Shown piece by piece: positions 8,580-20,701 of a DNA stretch of 64,000 bases. The stretch lies in the NCBI GenBank assembly GCA_016219715.1, contig JACRKX010000024.1, positions 141-64,140 of the forward strand, given 5' to 3'. Origin of the DNA: Actinomycetota bacterium. GTDB taxonomy: Bacteria; Actinomycetota; Thermoleophilia; Solirubrobacterales; JACPNS01. Position 1 is the first letter of the stretch. Every line of letters starts with the position of its first letter. The notes below the pieces were generated by a model that did no database searches, was not told the DNA's origin, and saw only the letters and a program-made list of their open reading frames with translations. A program made the translations under genes and the position numbers.

Positions 8580-10259
8580 GTGCTGACCGAACTCCGCATA
8601 GAAAACCTCTTGCTGATCGAACGCGCCGAACTTTCGTTCGATTCCGGTTTCAACGCGATCACGGGAGAAACCGGCGCCGGCAAGACCGTGCTTGCTCATG
8701 CGATCGACCTGTTGCTCGGCGGTAAGTCGCGCAAGGGAATCGTCAGGCCTGGGGCGGGGGAGGCCTATGTCGAGGGACTGTTTGCCTTACCACCGGGCCT
8801 GATCGACCGTCCCGAGTTCGCCGAGATTCGCGACCGCCTGCCCGATCCCGAGGCCGACGAGATAGCGCTCGCCCGACGTGTCACTCCGGAGGGGCGCACG
8901 CGCGCCTACATCGAAGGCCGTTCGGCCACCGCCGCGGATCTGCGCGAACTCGGAGGCGCTCTGGTGTCGTTCTACGGGCAGCACGAACACCGCAAGCTGA
9001 CGTTGGCCGGCGCTCAGCTGGCCACGCTCGATGGATTCTGCGGAGAAGCGCACCGAGCACGGGTGGGTGAAGCTGGCGAGCTTTACGAAGCGGCCAGTCG
9101 TATTCGTCGGCGTCTCACCGAACTTGAGGCCGTCGACGGCCGTCGCGAGCGTGAACTCGGTTTGATCGAGTTCGAACTTGCCGAGATCGACGAACTCGCC
9201 CCGGAAGCACGTGATTTCACCGCGCTTTGCGCCGAGCGGGATCGATTGCAGGCCGTCGACCTCCTGCGGGCCGCGTGCGACGCCGCGCTGACGGCTCTCG
9301 ACGACGAGGAATCGGGCGGTGCGAGCGGGCTCGTGGCAAGCGCCTCCTCCCAGCTCTCGGTCGTTGAGGGCAGCGACGCGAAGCTAGACGCGCTTGCGAA
9401 GCGCGTTGAGACCTTGTCGATCGAGCTTCAAGATGCGGCCGCCGACCTCCGCCACTATGGCGAAGAACTCGCCTCCGACCCTGAGCGCCTCGCCGTCGTC
9501 AATGAGCGCCTCGACGGTTACGAGCGGCTGATGCGCAAACACGGCGGGACGATCGAATCGGTGATTTCGCACGGCGACCGCTGCCGCGAGGATCGCGATC
9601 GGCTGTCTGGCTCGCGTGAGGAGATTGCAGCCGCGACCGAGCAGCTCATGAGCGTCGAGGTTTCTCAGCGCGAGATCGCCAAAGCGATTTCGAAAGCGCG
9701 CGGTAAGGCCGCTCCGAAACTGGCGACCGCCGTGCGCGAGCGCCTGGCCGAGCTGGCGCTGGCCGATGCTTCGTTCGAGATCGCGATTTCCACAGACCTC
9801 AGCGACCTGCGGCCCACCGGTGGCGACGCGGTCGAGTTCCTGATTGCTCCGAATCCCGGCATTGCGGCCATGCCGCTGCGCGATACCGCTTCGGGCGGCG
9901 AGTTGTCGCGCGTGATGCTTGCGCTGCTTACCGCCTCCGGCGCGAGCGGAGACCAAACGTATGTCTTCGACGAGATCGACGCCGGAATCGGCGGCCACAC
10001 CGCGCGTGCCGTGGGCGAGCAATTGAGCACGCTGGGAGCAGCGCGCCAAGTGATCTGCATCACCCACCTGCCACAGGTGGCCGCCGCCGCGAGCCGCCAT
10101 TTCCAGATCGAGAAATCGACCGATGGCTCCGAGGCGCGCACCGAAGTTCGCCAGCTGAGCGACACCGCCGTAGTCGACGAGCTATGCCGCATGCTTGGAG
10201 CAGCCGAAGACGACGCGGGCGCGCGGCGTCACGCGAAAGAGCTGCTCGCTACGTCCTGA
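8580..10259 (+). CDS. recN: DNA repair protein RecN
   Basis: TGETGAGKT Walker A, ASGGELSR signature, FDEIDAG, ITHLPQVA; start set at GTG 8580. Confidence 0.97.
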   Translation: MLTELRIENLLLIERAELSFDSGFNAITGETGAGKTVLAHAIDLLLGGKSRKGIVRPGAGEAYVEGLFALPPGLIDRPEFAEIRDRLPDPEADEIALARRVTPEGRTRAYIEGRSATAADLRELGGALVSFYGQHEHRKLTLAGAQLATLDGFCGEAHRARVGEAGELYEAASRIRRRLTELEAVDGRRERELGLIEFELAEIDELAPEARDFTALCAERDRLQAVDLLRAACDAALTALDDEESGGASGLVASASSQLSVVEGSDAKLDALAKRVETLSIELQDAAADLRHYGEELASDPERLAVVNERLDGYERLMRKHGGTIESVISHGDRCREDRDRLSGSREEIAAATEQLMSVEVSQREIAKAISKARGKAAPKLATAVRERLAELALADASFEIAISTDLSDLRPTGGDAVEFLIAPNPGIAAMPLRDTASGGELSRVMLALLTASGASGDQTYVFDEIDAGIGGHTARAVGEQLSTLGAARQVICITHLPQVAAAASRHFQIEKSTDGSEARTEVRQLSDTAVVDELCRMLGAAEDDAGARRHAKELLATS

Positions 10260-10302
10260 GACCCTTAATACGCCCTTCGCGGTGGTGTTCTAATGTCCAG
10301 CA

Positions 10303-11475
10303 ATGGCCCGCACAACCAGCGAAAACCTTGCCGTGGGGCCGGCACACGCGAAGCAGGTCAGCGGCGTCGTGCGCCCCGGCAAACGCACGAAGTTGCTGAC
10401 CAAGTCGCTCGTTCCCGGCGAGATCGCGTTGATCGACCACAAGGACATCGACCGCGTCTCCGGGGAGGAACTCGTGCGCAAAGGTGTCAGCTGCGTGATC
10501 AACGTCGCGCCGTCTTCGACCGGGGAGTATCCGAATACGGGTCCGGGGATCATCGCGCAGGCAGGGGTGCATCTCGTCGATGCCATCGACGAGCCGCTGT
10601 TCGAGCTGCTTGGCGATGGCGACTCGATCACGGTTCGCGGCGGAGAGGTGCTCAAAGACGGCGAAGTCATAGCGCGCGGTGACGTGCAGTCGCCCGACGT
10701 CGTGGCGGCGAAGTACGAACAGGCAAAGCGTCAGGTCGGTCTCGCGCTCGAACGTTTCGCTGAGAACACTCTGCATCACATCCGCCAGGAGAGCGAGCTT
10801 CTGTCGGGCCGTCTCGACTTTCCGGAGCTCGACACCGTCTTCCGCGATCGCCACGTCCTGATCGTCGTACGTGGCGTCGACCACCAGCGGGATCTGCGCG
10901 CCCTTCGCACATACATCCGCGATGAGCGGCCGCTGCTCGTCGGCGTCGACGGTGGCGCCGACGCGCTGATCGACGAAGGCCACTCGCCAGACTTGATCGT
11001 CGGCGACATGGACAGCGCGCACGACGGAGTGCTCGCCTGTGGCGCCGAGTTGATCGTTCACGCCTACACGGACGGCCGCGCTCCCGGACGCGAGCGGCTC
11101 GACCGGCTCGGGCTCGACTACAAAATCGTCGCCGCACCGGGCACCAGCGAGGACATCGCCATGTTGATGGCAGCCGAAGAAGGCGCGTCGCTGATCGTCA
11201 GTGTCGGCGCGCACTTCAACCTCGTCGAGTTTCTCGACAAGAACCGCAAGGGCATGGCCTCCACGTTCCTCACGCGCGTTCGCGTAGGCGAGATCCTGAT
11301 CGACGCCAAGGGCGTCAGCCGGCTCTACAGGCCGCGGCCATCGGCGCGAGCGCTCTACGCGGTGCTGGGCGCCGGCGTCTTTGCCCTCGGTGTCGCGATC
11401 TTCGCTTCGCCCTCGCTCAACAACCTCGTCGACCTAGTCTGGCTCAAGCTGAAGGTGATCGTCGGAATCGGCTAA
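10303..11475 (+). CDS. steA: SteA-like cell-separation protein (thiamine pyrophosphokinase-like domain)
   Basis: PGEIALIDH.DIDR, YPN.GP, GVDGGADAL, IVGDMDS, STFLTR..VG..L.DAKGVS; C-terminal TM; follows recN. Confidence 0.85.
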   Translation: MARTTSENLAVGPAHAKQVSGVVRPGKRTKLLTKSLVPGEIALIDHKDIDRVSGEELVRKGVSCVINVAPSSTGEYPNTGPGIIAQAGVHLVDAIDEPLFELLGDGDSITVRGGEVLKDGEVIARGDVQSPDVVAAKYEQAKRQVGLALERFAENTLHHIRQESELLSGRLDFPELDTVFRDRHVLIVVRGVDHQRDLRALRTYIRDERPLLVGVDGGADALIDEGHSPDLIVGDMDSAHDGVLACGAELIVHAYTDGRAPGRERLDRLGLDYKIVAAPGTSEDIAMLMAAEEGASLIVSVGAHFNLVEFLDKNRKGMASTFLTRVRVGEILIDAKGVSRLYRPRPSARALYAVLGAGVFALGVAIFASPSLNNLVDLVWLKLKVIVGIG

Positions 11476-11502
11476 GTCGCCGGTCTGCTTCGATATTCCG
11501 CC

Positions 11503-12360
11503 GTGATCGACTTTCGTTACCACGCGATGTCCCTTGCCGCCGTCTTCGTGGCGCTGGCCGTCGGCCTGCTGCTGGGCGTGACGATCGGCGACACGGAGCT
11601 GCTCTCCAATGTGCGCGGCAACCTCGAACGCTCGCTCAGCGCCGACCTCGACGAGGCGAACCAGCACAACTCCGACCTCGAGAAGCGAGCCAAGCAGCAG
11701 AATGAGTTCGCTCGCGCGGCATACCCGCAGATGGTTGCCGGTCGACTAGACGGCCGCCGCGTCGCGCTGATCGCTTCGGCGGGCGGCACGAGCGGCGTGA
11801 TCGATCCAGTCGCCGGATCGATCGAACCGGCCGGCGGCGATCTCGCGTATTCCGCCGAACTCGTCGCCGAGCCGCGCTACCAGGCGCTGGCAGGAGCACT
11901 TGGGGTGGCCGAGGTGATCGACGGCGCCGAGCCGGACCCGAAGCAGACCGAGAAACTCGGCGTCGCCGTCGGCAGGCGCATGGCGCGCGGCCGAAATCTG
12001 CCACAGCTGCGCCGCTTCGCCTTCCGCCGCTTCAGCGGCGACTTCGGCCGCGTGCGCCTGCTCGCGTTTTCGCGTCGCGAGCCGGCCGAGCCGAAGACCG
12101 ACGCCGGCCGCCGGCTCGACGCCTTCGAGCGCGGCGTCGTGTCTGGTCTCTCGCGTGACGCTCAGCGCGTGGTCGGCGTTGAGGCGATCGAAAACGTTCC
12201 GTCGAGCATCAAGTGGTACAACTCGCTCGGCCTGTCTAGCGTCGACAACATCGAGCAGTACGCCGGCCACTACTCGCTCGTGATGCTGCTCGACGGCGCG
12301 AAGGGCGACTACGGCGTAAAGGACACCGCTGACGCGGTCGTTCCGCCGGTGGCTCCGTAG
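11503..12360 (+). CDS. steB: SteB/MctB-family protein
   Basis: MIDFRYH..SLAAVF.ALAVG.LLG N-terminus, coiled coil, SSVDN and G.YG near C-terminus; follows steA. Confidence 0.85.
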   Translation: MIDFRYHAMSLAAVFVALAVGLLLGVTIGDTELLSNVRGNLERSLSADLDEANQHNSDLEKRAKQQNEFARAAYPQMVAGRLDGRRVALIASAGGTSGVIDPVAGSIEPAGGDLAYSAELVAEPRYQALAGALGVAEVIDGAEPDPKQTEKLGVAVGRRMARGRNLPQLRRFAFRRFSGDFGRVRLLAFSRREPAEPKTDAGRRLDAFERGVVSGLSRDAQRVVGVEAIENVPSSIKWYNSLGLSSVDNIEQYAGHYSLVMLLDGAKGDYGVKDTADAVVPPVAP

Positions 12361-12362
12361 CC

Positions 12363-13241
12363 TTGGCTAACTTCCAGCTCGTGCAGGCGCTTCCCCTCGT
12401 ACTGGCCTTCGTATTTGCGCTTGCGGTCGCGCCGCTGCTTCTGCGCGGACTGTTCGAGGCCGGTTGGGTGCGCCGCAACTACGCCGGGCGAGAGGTGCCG
12501 GTGCCATCGGGCATGCTGATCCCGCTGGCGGCGTTTGGCGCGCTTGGTGTGGCCGCTCCGCTCGACCGCCTTGTCGACGACGATGTCCTCGGCGGGCCCG
12601 GACTTGCCGGAGCGATGCTCTACGTGGTCGGCGTCTGCCTGCTGGGCGTGATCGACGACCTGATCGGCACGCCGGCGATCGAGGAGGGCCTCGGACGCAA
12701 GGATCCGCGCGGCCTGCGCGGCCACGCGCGGGCAGTCGTTGGCGGCGGTTTCTCGACCGGCGCAGTCAAGGCGATCGGTGCGCTCGGACTCGCGGCCTTC
12801 GCCGTCGGGCTGATCGTGCCAGGCGACTGGGAGTACCTACTGGCGATCGCGCTGGTCGTGGTCACGACGAATCTCTTCAACCTGCTCGATCTGCGCCCCG
12901 GGCGTGCGCTGAAGGTCTTCTTCGTACTCGTCGCCGGGCTGGCGATCGCAAGCTGGACACTCGCGCCGTTGTGGACGATGGGCGTGTTTGTCGGCTCGCT
13001 GCCGGTGCTCGCCTATTACGACCTCGGTGAGCGTGGAATGATGGGCGACACGGGCTCAAACGCCGTCGGGGCGATCGCCGGACTGTGGATGGTGCTCGTG
13101 CTCGACACGACCGGCCAGGCGATCGCGCTGGCAGTCGTATTTCTAATCACGCTATATGGGGAGTTCCGCTCGATCTCGCGATTAATCGATCGGACCCCCG
13201 TGTTACGGTTCATCGATTCGTTAGGACGGACAAAGGATTGA
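12363..13241 (+). CDS. Glycosyltransferase family 4 (MraY/WecA-like) membrane protein
   Basis: R.NY.G..VP, G.IDD, GLRGH, NL.NLLDLRPGRA.K, MGDTGSN motifs. Confidence 0.85.
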   Translation: MANFQLVQALPLVLAFVFALAVAPLLLRGLFEAGWVRRNYAGREVPVPSGMLIPLAAFGALGVAAPLDRLVDDDVLGGPGLAGAMLYVVGVCLLGVIDDLIGTPAIEEGLGRKDPRGLRGHARAVVGGGFSTGAVKAIGALGLAAFAVGLIVPGDWEYLLAIALVVVTTNLFNLLDLRPGRALKVFFVLVAGLAIASWTLAPLWTMGVFVGSLPVLAYYDLGERGMMGDTGSNAVGAIAGLWMVLVLDTTGQAIALAVVFLITLYGEFRSISRLIDRTPVLRFIDSLGRTKD

Positions 13242-14999
<1,758 letters not shown>

Positions 15000-15041
15000 G
15001 CCGCCTGGCGGCTGCCATCGCGTACGGTTGGTGATCTGCTG

Positions 15042-16061
15042 ATGCTCTGTCTCAGGCGCGCCACCGTCATCGAAGTCGAACGCGCCGCGAGCGGCGTGCG
15101 CGGCATCGAATATCTGGTCGTAGAGCTGTCGGATGGTGGCGATCGGCGCGCGGCCTACGCCGATGTCGGGCTGGTCGGCGGCTGCGTAGTCGGAGATGAC
15201 GTGATCGTCAACGTCGAGGCCGTCGAATTAGGCCTTGGCTCGGGAGGCAGCGACGTGGTGCTCGCGAATCTCACGCGTGGACTCGAGGGCGCGGCCGATT
15301 CCGGTTGTCACGTAATGAAGCTCAACTACTCGCCGCTTCAGCACGGTGTCGACCCCGTCGAGCCCGCTGAACTCGAGCTACCGCTCGGCGGCGCCGTAGC
15401 GGCGTTTCAGCTGCACGGGCAACTCGCGCCGGTCGCGTGGGCCGCTGCTCGGGAGCGACCCGGGCTGCGGGTCGGCTACGTGCAGACCGGGGGAGGGGCG
15501 CTGCCTGGGGCGTTCTCCGCCACCGTTGCGGAGCTGCTCGATCGAGAACTGCTTTGCGACCACATCACGGCCGCACCGGCGTATGGTGCGGCCGCCGAGG
15601 CGATGAGCACGGCCGGCGCGTTGCATGCCGGCTTCGCCGAGCGCGGCTGGGACTGTGCGGTCGCCGGCCCCGGTCCCGGCATCATCGGGTCGGCCACGGC
15701 GCTCGGGCACGGCGGCATGGTCGCGCTCGACACACTGCACGCGGCGCTTGCGCTTGGCTGCGCGGGCGTACTTGTGGCCCGCGCATCGAGCGGCGACCCT
15801 CGCGCCCGCCATCAGGGGATCTCGCATCACACCCGCTCAGTGCTGCGGCTGCTGCTTCTCGAGGTCACGGTCGGCCTGGGCCCGCGCGCACCACGTACCG
15901 ACGAACTCGCGCGCCACAACGTCGTCGACACCGACCCTGATCTCGACGCATATGCGGCCAGCGGCCTTCCGGCGCGAACGATGGGTCGCGACCTGCGCGA
16001 AGACGAGCTGTTCTTCGAGCAGGCCCTGGCCGGGGGTATCGCGCTCGCGCGCGCGGCCTAG
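15042..16061 (+). CDS. DUF3866-family protein
   Basis: LGLGSGG.D.V, HVMKLNY, GYVQTGGGALP, GPGPGIIGS..LGHGG, D.R.RH.GISHH. Confidence 0.8.
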   Translation: MLCLRRATVIEVERAASGVRGIEYLVVELSDGGDRRAAYADVGLVGGCVVGDDVIVNVEAVELGLGSGGSDVVLANLTRGLEGAADSGCHVMKLNYSPLQHGVDPVEPAELELPLGGAVAAFQLHGQLAPVAWAAARERPGLRVGYVQTGGGALPGAFSATVAELLDRELLCDHITAAPAYGAAAEAMSTAGALHAGFAERGWDCAVAGPGPGIIGSATALGHGGMVALDTLHAALALGCAGVLVARASSGDPRARHQGISHHTRSVLRLLLLEVTVGLGPRAPRTDELARHNVVDTDPDLDAYAASGLPARTMGRDLREDELFFEQALAGGIALARAA

Positions 16062-16158
16062 GCGAGTCGACAGCCGCGACCGGCAGACCGGTCACCGGTA
16101 CTTCTCGTTGCGAACCGTGTTCCGATCGGGTGAAGCCGTGTAACTTGAATTCTCCACT

Positions 16159-17541
16159 TTGAGCGCCTCGAAGCCCATATCGATCCGCCCCAGGTACCTG
16201 CTTGCGTTGGCAATCGCCGCCGTGTTGATTGCGCCGGCTGCCGCGGCGGCGGATACCTATGTCGTCGACGACGCGGCCAGCGGCAGCGCTGGCGCCTGCT
16301 CGGTGGGCCCCGGAGACTGCACCCTGCGAGACGCGATCGACGCAGCCAATGCCAATGCCGGTGCCGACACGATCACCTTCGCCGCTGTGGCGATCGTGCT
16401 CGACTCACCGCTGCCGCCAGTCACCGACCCGGTCGCGATCAATGCATTCGGCGTGGCAGTGACCGTCAGCGGCTCGGCCACCTATGCCACCAACTACTGC
16501 GCCACCACCGACTACGCCTTCGACCTGACCGATTCCGGCGCGACGCCGAGCAGCGTGCGCTCGCTGCCGATCTTCGACGTGTGCAACCGTGCAATCAGGT
16601 CAAACGTGGCGCCGCCGACGATCAGGGTCGGTCCGCGCCGTTTTGACAACACGGTCTCGGTCTCCGGAACCGCTGCGGCGGGGGCACAGGTCGACGTCTT
16701 TTCCGCCGATGGCCCGGACACCGCTGCCAGCGAGGGCGAGGCGTTTCTCTTCACGCTTTCGGCACCCAGCGGGACTTTCTCGTACACGCCGGGTAGCGAG
16801 CCCGTCGCCGGCGACAAGTTCACAGCGATTCAGCGGACCGGCGCCGGTGGCTCGAACTTTGCCACGCGCGCCGACACGCCAAGCGATCTCGCCTCTCCGA
16901 CCTTGCAGCAAGCGGTCGCCGTCAGCAATTCGAGCATTCGGCTCGATTTCAGCGAGCCGATCGCGCCGGATTCAGCTACGCCATCCGCGTTTGCACTCTC
17001 CGTCGCCGCGGTGCCGCGAGCGATTTCGTCGGCCACGGTGTCGGGCAGTTCGGTGTATCTCGAATCGAGCGTGCCGTGGCAGACCGGCGAAGCCGGCAGT
17101 GCGGTGCTGACCGGGACCGTGCGGGTCACCGACCTGACTGGAAACGAGGCGATCGGCCAGCCGGGCGTAGACGTGTATGCCGGGCCCGGCGAGGCCACGC
17201 TTCCTCAGATCACGAGCATGCGACTAGCGCCAAACCGGTTCTGCAAGCGCGCAACGCGGCGCTGCCGCCGTGCGAAGTCGACCGTGCTGATCGCCCTCAA
17301 CAAGCCCGCTCGCGTGATCTTCGAGGTGCGTCGTGGGGGCAGGCGCGGCAGGACGATGGTCACGTTCGTGCGCCGTCTCGATGCCGGACGCAACCGCGTG
17401 AAGCTCACGGCGGTCGTATCGGGCAAGCAGCTGCCGGCCACGATTCTGGCTCTGCGTGCGACCGCGCAGGACGTGGCGCGTTCACTTTCGCCGCCGGCCG
17501 AGGCCGTCTTCCGGATCGTCACCGACAAATCGAAGCTGTAA
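16159..17541 (+). CDS. Secreted/surface protein with CSLREA-like N-terminal motif, beta-rich domains and an Arg/Lys-rich C-terminal domain
   Basis: Signal peptide ending APAAAAA-D; GDCTLRDAI.AAN...ADTI.F; highly basic last ~105 aa. Confidence 0.75.
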   Translation: MSASKPISIRPRYLLALAIAAVLIAPAAAAADTYVVDDAASGSAGACSVGPGDCTLRDAIDAANANAGADTITFAAVAIVLDSPLPPVTDPVAINAFGVAVTVSGSATYATNYCATTDYAFDLTDSGATPSSVRSLPIFDVCNRAIRSNVAPPTIRVGPRRFDNTVSVSGTAAAGAQVDVFSADGPDTAASEGEAFLFTLSAPSGTFSYTPGSEPVAGDKFTAIQRTGAGGSNFATRADTPSDLASPTLQQAVAVSNSSIRLDFSEPIAPDSATPSAFALSVAAVPRAISSATVSGSSVYLESSVPWQTGEAGSAVLTGTVRVTDLTGNEAIGQPGVDVYAGPGEATLPQITSMRLAPNRFCKRATRRCRRAKSTVLIALNKPARVIFEVRRGGRRGRTMVTFVRRLDAGRNRVKLTAVVSGKQLPATILALRATAQDVARSLSPPAEAVFRIVTDKSKL

Positions 17542-17645
17542 GACCAGCGCGCGACCGCGTCGCGACTGGGTTTTCGACGCAACTCTGATTGCGATCCGGT
17601 CAGGGATTGAAGGTTTGCGCGCGAGATTCCGAAAACTCAGTAACG

Positions 17646-18632
17646 ATGGCTCAGCCCGCCACTACCTCTCATGCCCGGATTGAGCCTCCGCCTCCGACAG
17701 CAACCCGCCCCGGCGCCGCCGCTCGCTTCGAGGACATGCTGCTCGATTTTCTCTCGTACCTCGAGTTCGAGGCACGCTGCGCCGAGAACACGCTGATCGC
17801 ATATCGCACCGACCTGATGCAGTTCGGTGCGTGGATCGGAACGCACGACATCGACGCGTTGTCGGTGACCCGCGCCGACGTGATCGCCTACCTAGAGGAA
17901 CTTGCCGCAACCGGTGAGATCGCCGGCACGACGCTGCACCGCAAGCTGTCGTCGCTGCGCAGCTTCTATGTGCACCAGCGCCGCGAGGGCGCGATCGAGC
18001 ACGATCCGACGGCCGACGTCAAGGCGCCGGCACAGACGAAGAAGCTCCCCAGCGTGCTCAGCCGCGCCGAGGTGTCGCACCTGATCAACCAGATACAGGG
18101 CCAGGACGCGATCGCTCTGCGCGACCGCGCCTTGCTTGAGCTGATGTACGCCAGCGGTCTGCGCGTCAGCGAGGTCGCCGGACTAGAGGTCAGCGACGTC
18201 GACTTCGACGAAGCGATCGTGCGTACGCGCGGCAAGGGCAGCAAGGAGCGCATCGTGCCGGTCGGCCGCGCCGCGCTGCTGGCGATTCGCATCTACCTGC
18301 GCGCCGGGCGTCGCCAGCTGACCAAGGACAGGCCGCAGCGATTCCTGTTCGTGAACTTTCGCGGTGGCCAGTTGACCAGGCAGGGTCTCTACAAGATCGT
18401 CCGCAAGTACGCCGAGCGCGCTGGTCTGGGCGACCAGATGAGTCCGCACACCCTGCGTCACACCTTTGCCACGCATCTGCTCTCCGGCGGTTGCGACCTG
18501 CGGTCGGTTCAGGAGATGCTGGGCCACGCCGACGTGGCCACGACGCAGACCTACACCCATCTCACCACCGAACGCCTGAAGGACGTGTACTTCACCGCGC
18601 ACCCGCGCGCGGTTCTGCACGAGCTGCGCTAA
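17646..18632 (+). CDS. xerD: Tyrosine recombinase XerD
   Basis: RDRALLELMYASGLRVSE, GKGSKER.VP, SPHTLRHTFATHLL, LGHADV.TTQ.Y; conserved position after pyrG. Confidence 0.93.
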   Translation: MAQPATTSHARIEPPPPTATRPGAAARFEDMLLDFLSYLEFEARCAENTLIAYRTDLMQFGAWIGTHDIDALSVTRADVIAYLEELAATGEIAGTTLHRKLSSLRSFYVHQRREGAIEHDPTADVKAPAQTKKLPSVLSRAEVSHLINQIQGQDAIALRDRALLELMYASGLRVSEVAGLEVSDVDFDEAIVRTRGKGSKERIVPVGRAALLAIRIYLRAGRRQLTKDRPQRFLFVNFRGGQLTRQGLYKIVRKYAERAGLGDQMSPHTLRHTFATHLLSGGCDLRSVQEMLGHADVATTQTYTHLTTERLKDVYFTAHPRAVLHELR

Positions 18633-18637
18633 CAGCG

Positions 18638-19468
18638 CTAGCCGCGCTGGCAGGTCTTGCAGAAGTACGTGCCGCGCCCGGCGACGCGCGTCTTTACGAC
18701 CGGTCCGCCGCAGCCGGGACATGGCAGGCCCTCGCGTCGGTGAACGAGGAATTGATCCTGAAAGCTGCCCTGCACTCCGTAGGCGTCTCGAAAGTCGTCG
18801 ATCGACGCGCCCTTCGCATCGATTCCCGCGGTCAGCGAGTCGCGGATCGCGTCGCGCAGCGCGTCGCACTGCGCGCGCGTCAGCCGCGCCGCGCGGCGAT
18901 GCGGTGCGATGCCGGCCCGGTGGAGTGCCTCATCGGCATAGATGTTGCCGATCCCCGCCACGCGTCGCTGATCGAGCAGCAGCGCCTTGATCGGGGTCTT
19001 GCGGTTGCGCGTGTCGCGGTGCAGGCGCTCGCCGGTGAAGTCGTCGTCGAACGGCTCCGGTCCCAATCGCGCGGCAAAATATGCGTCGACGGCCTCTGGA
19101 GATGCGATCACCTCCGCCGTGCCGAAGCGGCGCGGGTCGGTGAAGGCCAGAGCGGCGCCGCTGTCGAGCAGCAGGGCGCCGCGCAGGTGGGCAGATGGGG
19201 TGGCCGACGCCTCGCTCAGGTACAGCAGGTTGCCCGTCATTCGCAGGTGCATGACAAGCGATGCGCCGTCATCGAGCAGGAAGTCGAAGTACTTGCCGCG
19301 GCGGCCGGCCGATTCGATCCGAGAACCGGTCAGGCGATTGGAGAAGCCGCGCGGCGAGGCCGGGGCCACCCACCGGGGGTCGGTTACGACGACGTTTGTG
19401 ATCCTGCGGCCTTCGAGCATCGGCGCAAGCTGACGGCGGATCGTCTCGACTTCGGGAAGTTCGGGCAC
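18638..19468 (-). CDS. mutM: Formamidopyrimidine-DNA glycosylase
   Basis: MPELPEVE, RRGKY, HLRMTG, DPRRFG, GIGNIYADE, C-terminal zinc finger. Confidence 0.98.
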   Translation of the reverse strand: MPELPEVETIRRQLAPMLEGRRITNVVVTDPRWVAPASPRGFSNRLTGSRIESAGRRGKYFDFLLDDGASLVMHLRMTGNLLYLSEASATPSAHLRGALLLDSGAALAFTDPRRFGTAEVIASPEAVDAYFAARLGPEPFDDDFTGERLHRDTRNRKTPIKALLLDQRRVAGIGNIYADEALHRAGIAPHRRAARLTRAQCDALRDAIRDSLTAGIDAKGASIDDFRDAYGVQGSFQDQFLVHRREGLPCPGCGGPVVKTRVAGRGTYFCKTCQRG

Positions 19469-19525
19469 GCGCAGATCCTATGAGCAGCAGTCAGGCGCAA
19501 TGCCGCGCGGCGCAATGACGCGAGG

Positions 19526-19843
19526 TCAGGCTGTGGCTTCTAGGGCGGCGCGGATGCGCGGGTTTTGCAGGGCTAGCTGCAGGTCTTCGAAGCCGCCGAT
19601 GTGCTCGCCGCCGATCATTACCTGCGGCAGCGTGGTGCGACCGGTGAGCCGGGCGACGTGGCGCATGCCGTCTAAGTCGCCGGTGAGGTCGATCTCGTCG
19701 TAGCGGGCGCCAGTCGCGTCGAGCAGGCGCTTCGCGCGCACGCACGAACTGCAGTGGTCCTTCGAGTAGATCACGACTGGGGCGTCGCCCGGGCGATCTA
19801 CCGAACGAACGGGGGAGTGGGTGCCGTCGATCGCGTCCTCCAT
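19526..19843 (-). CDS. Glutaredoxin-like protein
   Basis: CSSC active site, TLPQV, IGGF.DL; start set at ATG 19843. Confidence 0.85.
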   Translation of the reverse strand: MEDAIDGTHSPVRSVDRPGDAPVVIYSKDHCSSCVRAKRLLDATGARYDEIDLTGDLDGMRHVARLTGRTTLPQVMIGGEHIGGFEDLQLALQNPRIRAALEATA

Positions 19844-19907
19844 GACAATCAGATTGTAAGTTCGGTAGTCGCGCGGCCGGCCGGTCGCCGTCACCTGGGA
19901 ATCGACG

Positions 19908-20627
19908 ATGGCGAATTCACTCAAGATAGAAGCGATCGTGCTGCGCAAGCTGCGTTATGGCGAGGCCGACAGCATCCTGCACCTCTACACGCGAGAGCAC
20001 GGCAGGTTGGGGGCGATCGCCAAGGGCGTGCGTCGCTCGAAATCCCGGTTCGGCGGGCGCCTCGAGCCGTTCTTCCGGCTCGAATTGATCCTGCACGAGG
20101 GCCGTGGCGACCTTGCGACGATCACCTCCGCCGAGACGCTAGACGGCTACCCGCGGCTGCGCGGGCGCGCGGCCTCGATCGACGCGGCGGCGAAGACCGG
20201 CGACTTCGTACTGCGCCTGCTCGACGATCGCGAGCGCAACGAGCCGGCATTCAACCTGCTGGCGAACTTCCTGGCCCTGCTCGATGCCGATCCCCACGCG
20301 TCGCGCCGCGAGGTCGGACTTTCGTTCAGGGCGAAGATGCTGCTTGCGGCGGGCTTTTCGCCCGAGCTGGGCGCATGCGTACAGTGCGGGGCCGATGAGG
20401 GCATCGTGGCGTTCAGTCCGTCGGCCGGTGGCGTGGTCTGCGGTGACTGTCGCGAGCAGGGCGACTTCGACTTCGGCGCCGAGGCTCACGGCTTTCTGAG
20501 CGGCGCGATCGGAACGGCGCTCGCCGACGCCCCGGCCGCTTCGCCCGACGCGCTGCGACAGGTCGACCGCGCGATCGGCGAGACCCTGGAGCACCACGCG
20601 CACGTACGAATGCGTTCGTTGATGTAG
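19908..20627 (+). CDS. recO: DNA repair protein RecO
   Basis: AIVLR...YGEAD, AKGVRRSKSRFGGRLEPF, C..CG...C..C zinc motif. Confidence 0.96.
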   Translation: MANSLKIEAIVLRKLRYGEADSILHLYTREHGRLGAIAKGVRRSKSRFGGRLEPFFRLELILHEGRGDLATITSAETLDGYPRLRGRAASIDAAAKTGDFVLRLLDDRERNEPAFNLLANFLALLDADPHASRREVGLSFRAKMLLAAGFSPELGACVQCGADEGIVAFSPSAGGVVCGDCREQGDFDFGAEAHGFLSGAIGTALADAPAASPDALRQVDRAIGETLEHHAHVRMRSLM

Positions 20628-20701
20628 GGGCGATCCCGTCGGCCGCCGGCATGTCCGGTGCCAGGTCTGGCATGCCATTGCTCATGTCAAACTCTCACGA
20701 C

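Noticed and set aside
16111..16123. CGAAC-CGT-GTTCC as a third LexA box
   Set aside because: Spacer is 3 bp rather than 4 and the downstream gene is a surface protein
17646..18632. Tyrosine recombinase as a phage or island integrase
   Set aside because: Size, motifs and position after pyrG fit housekeeping XerD
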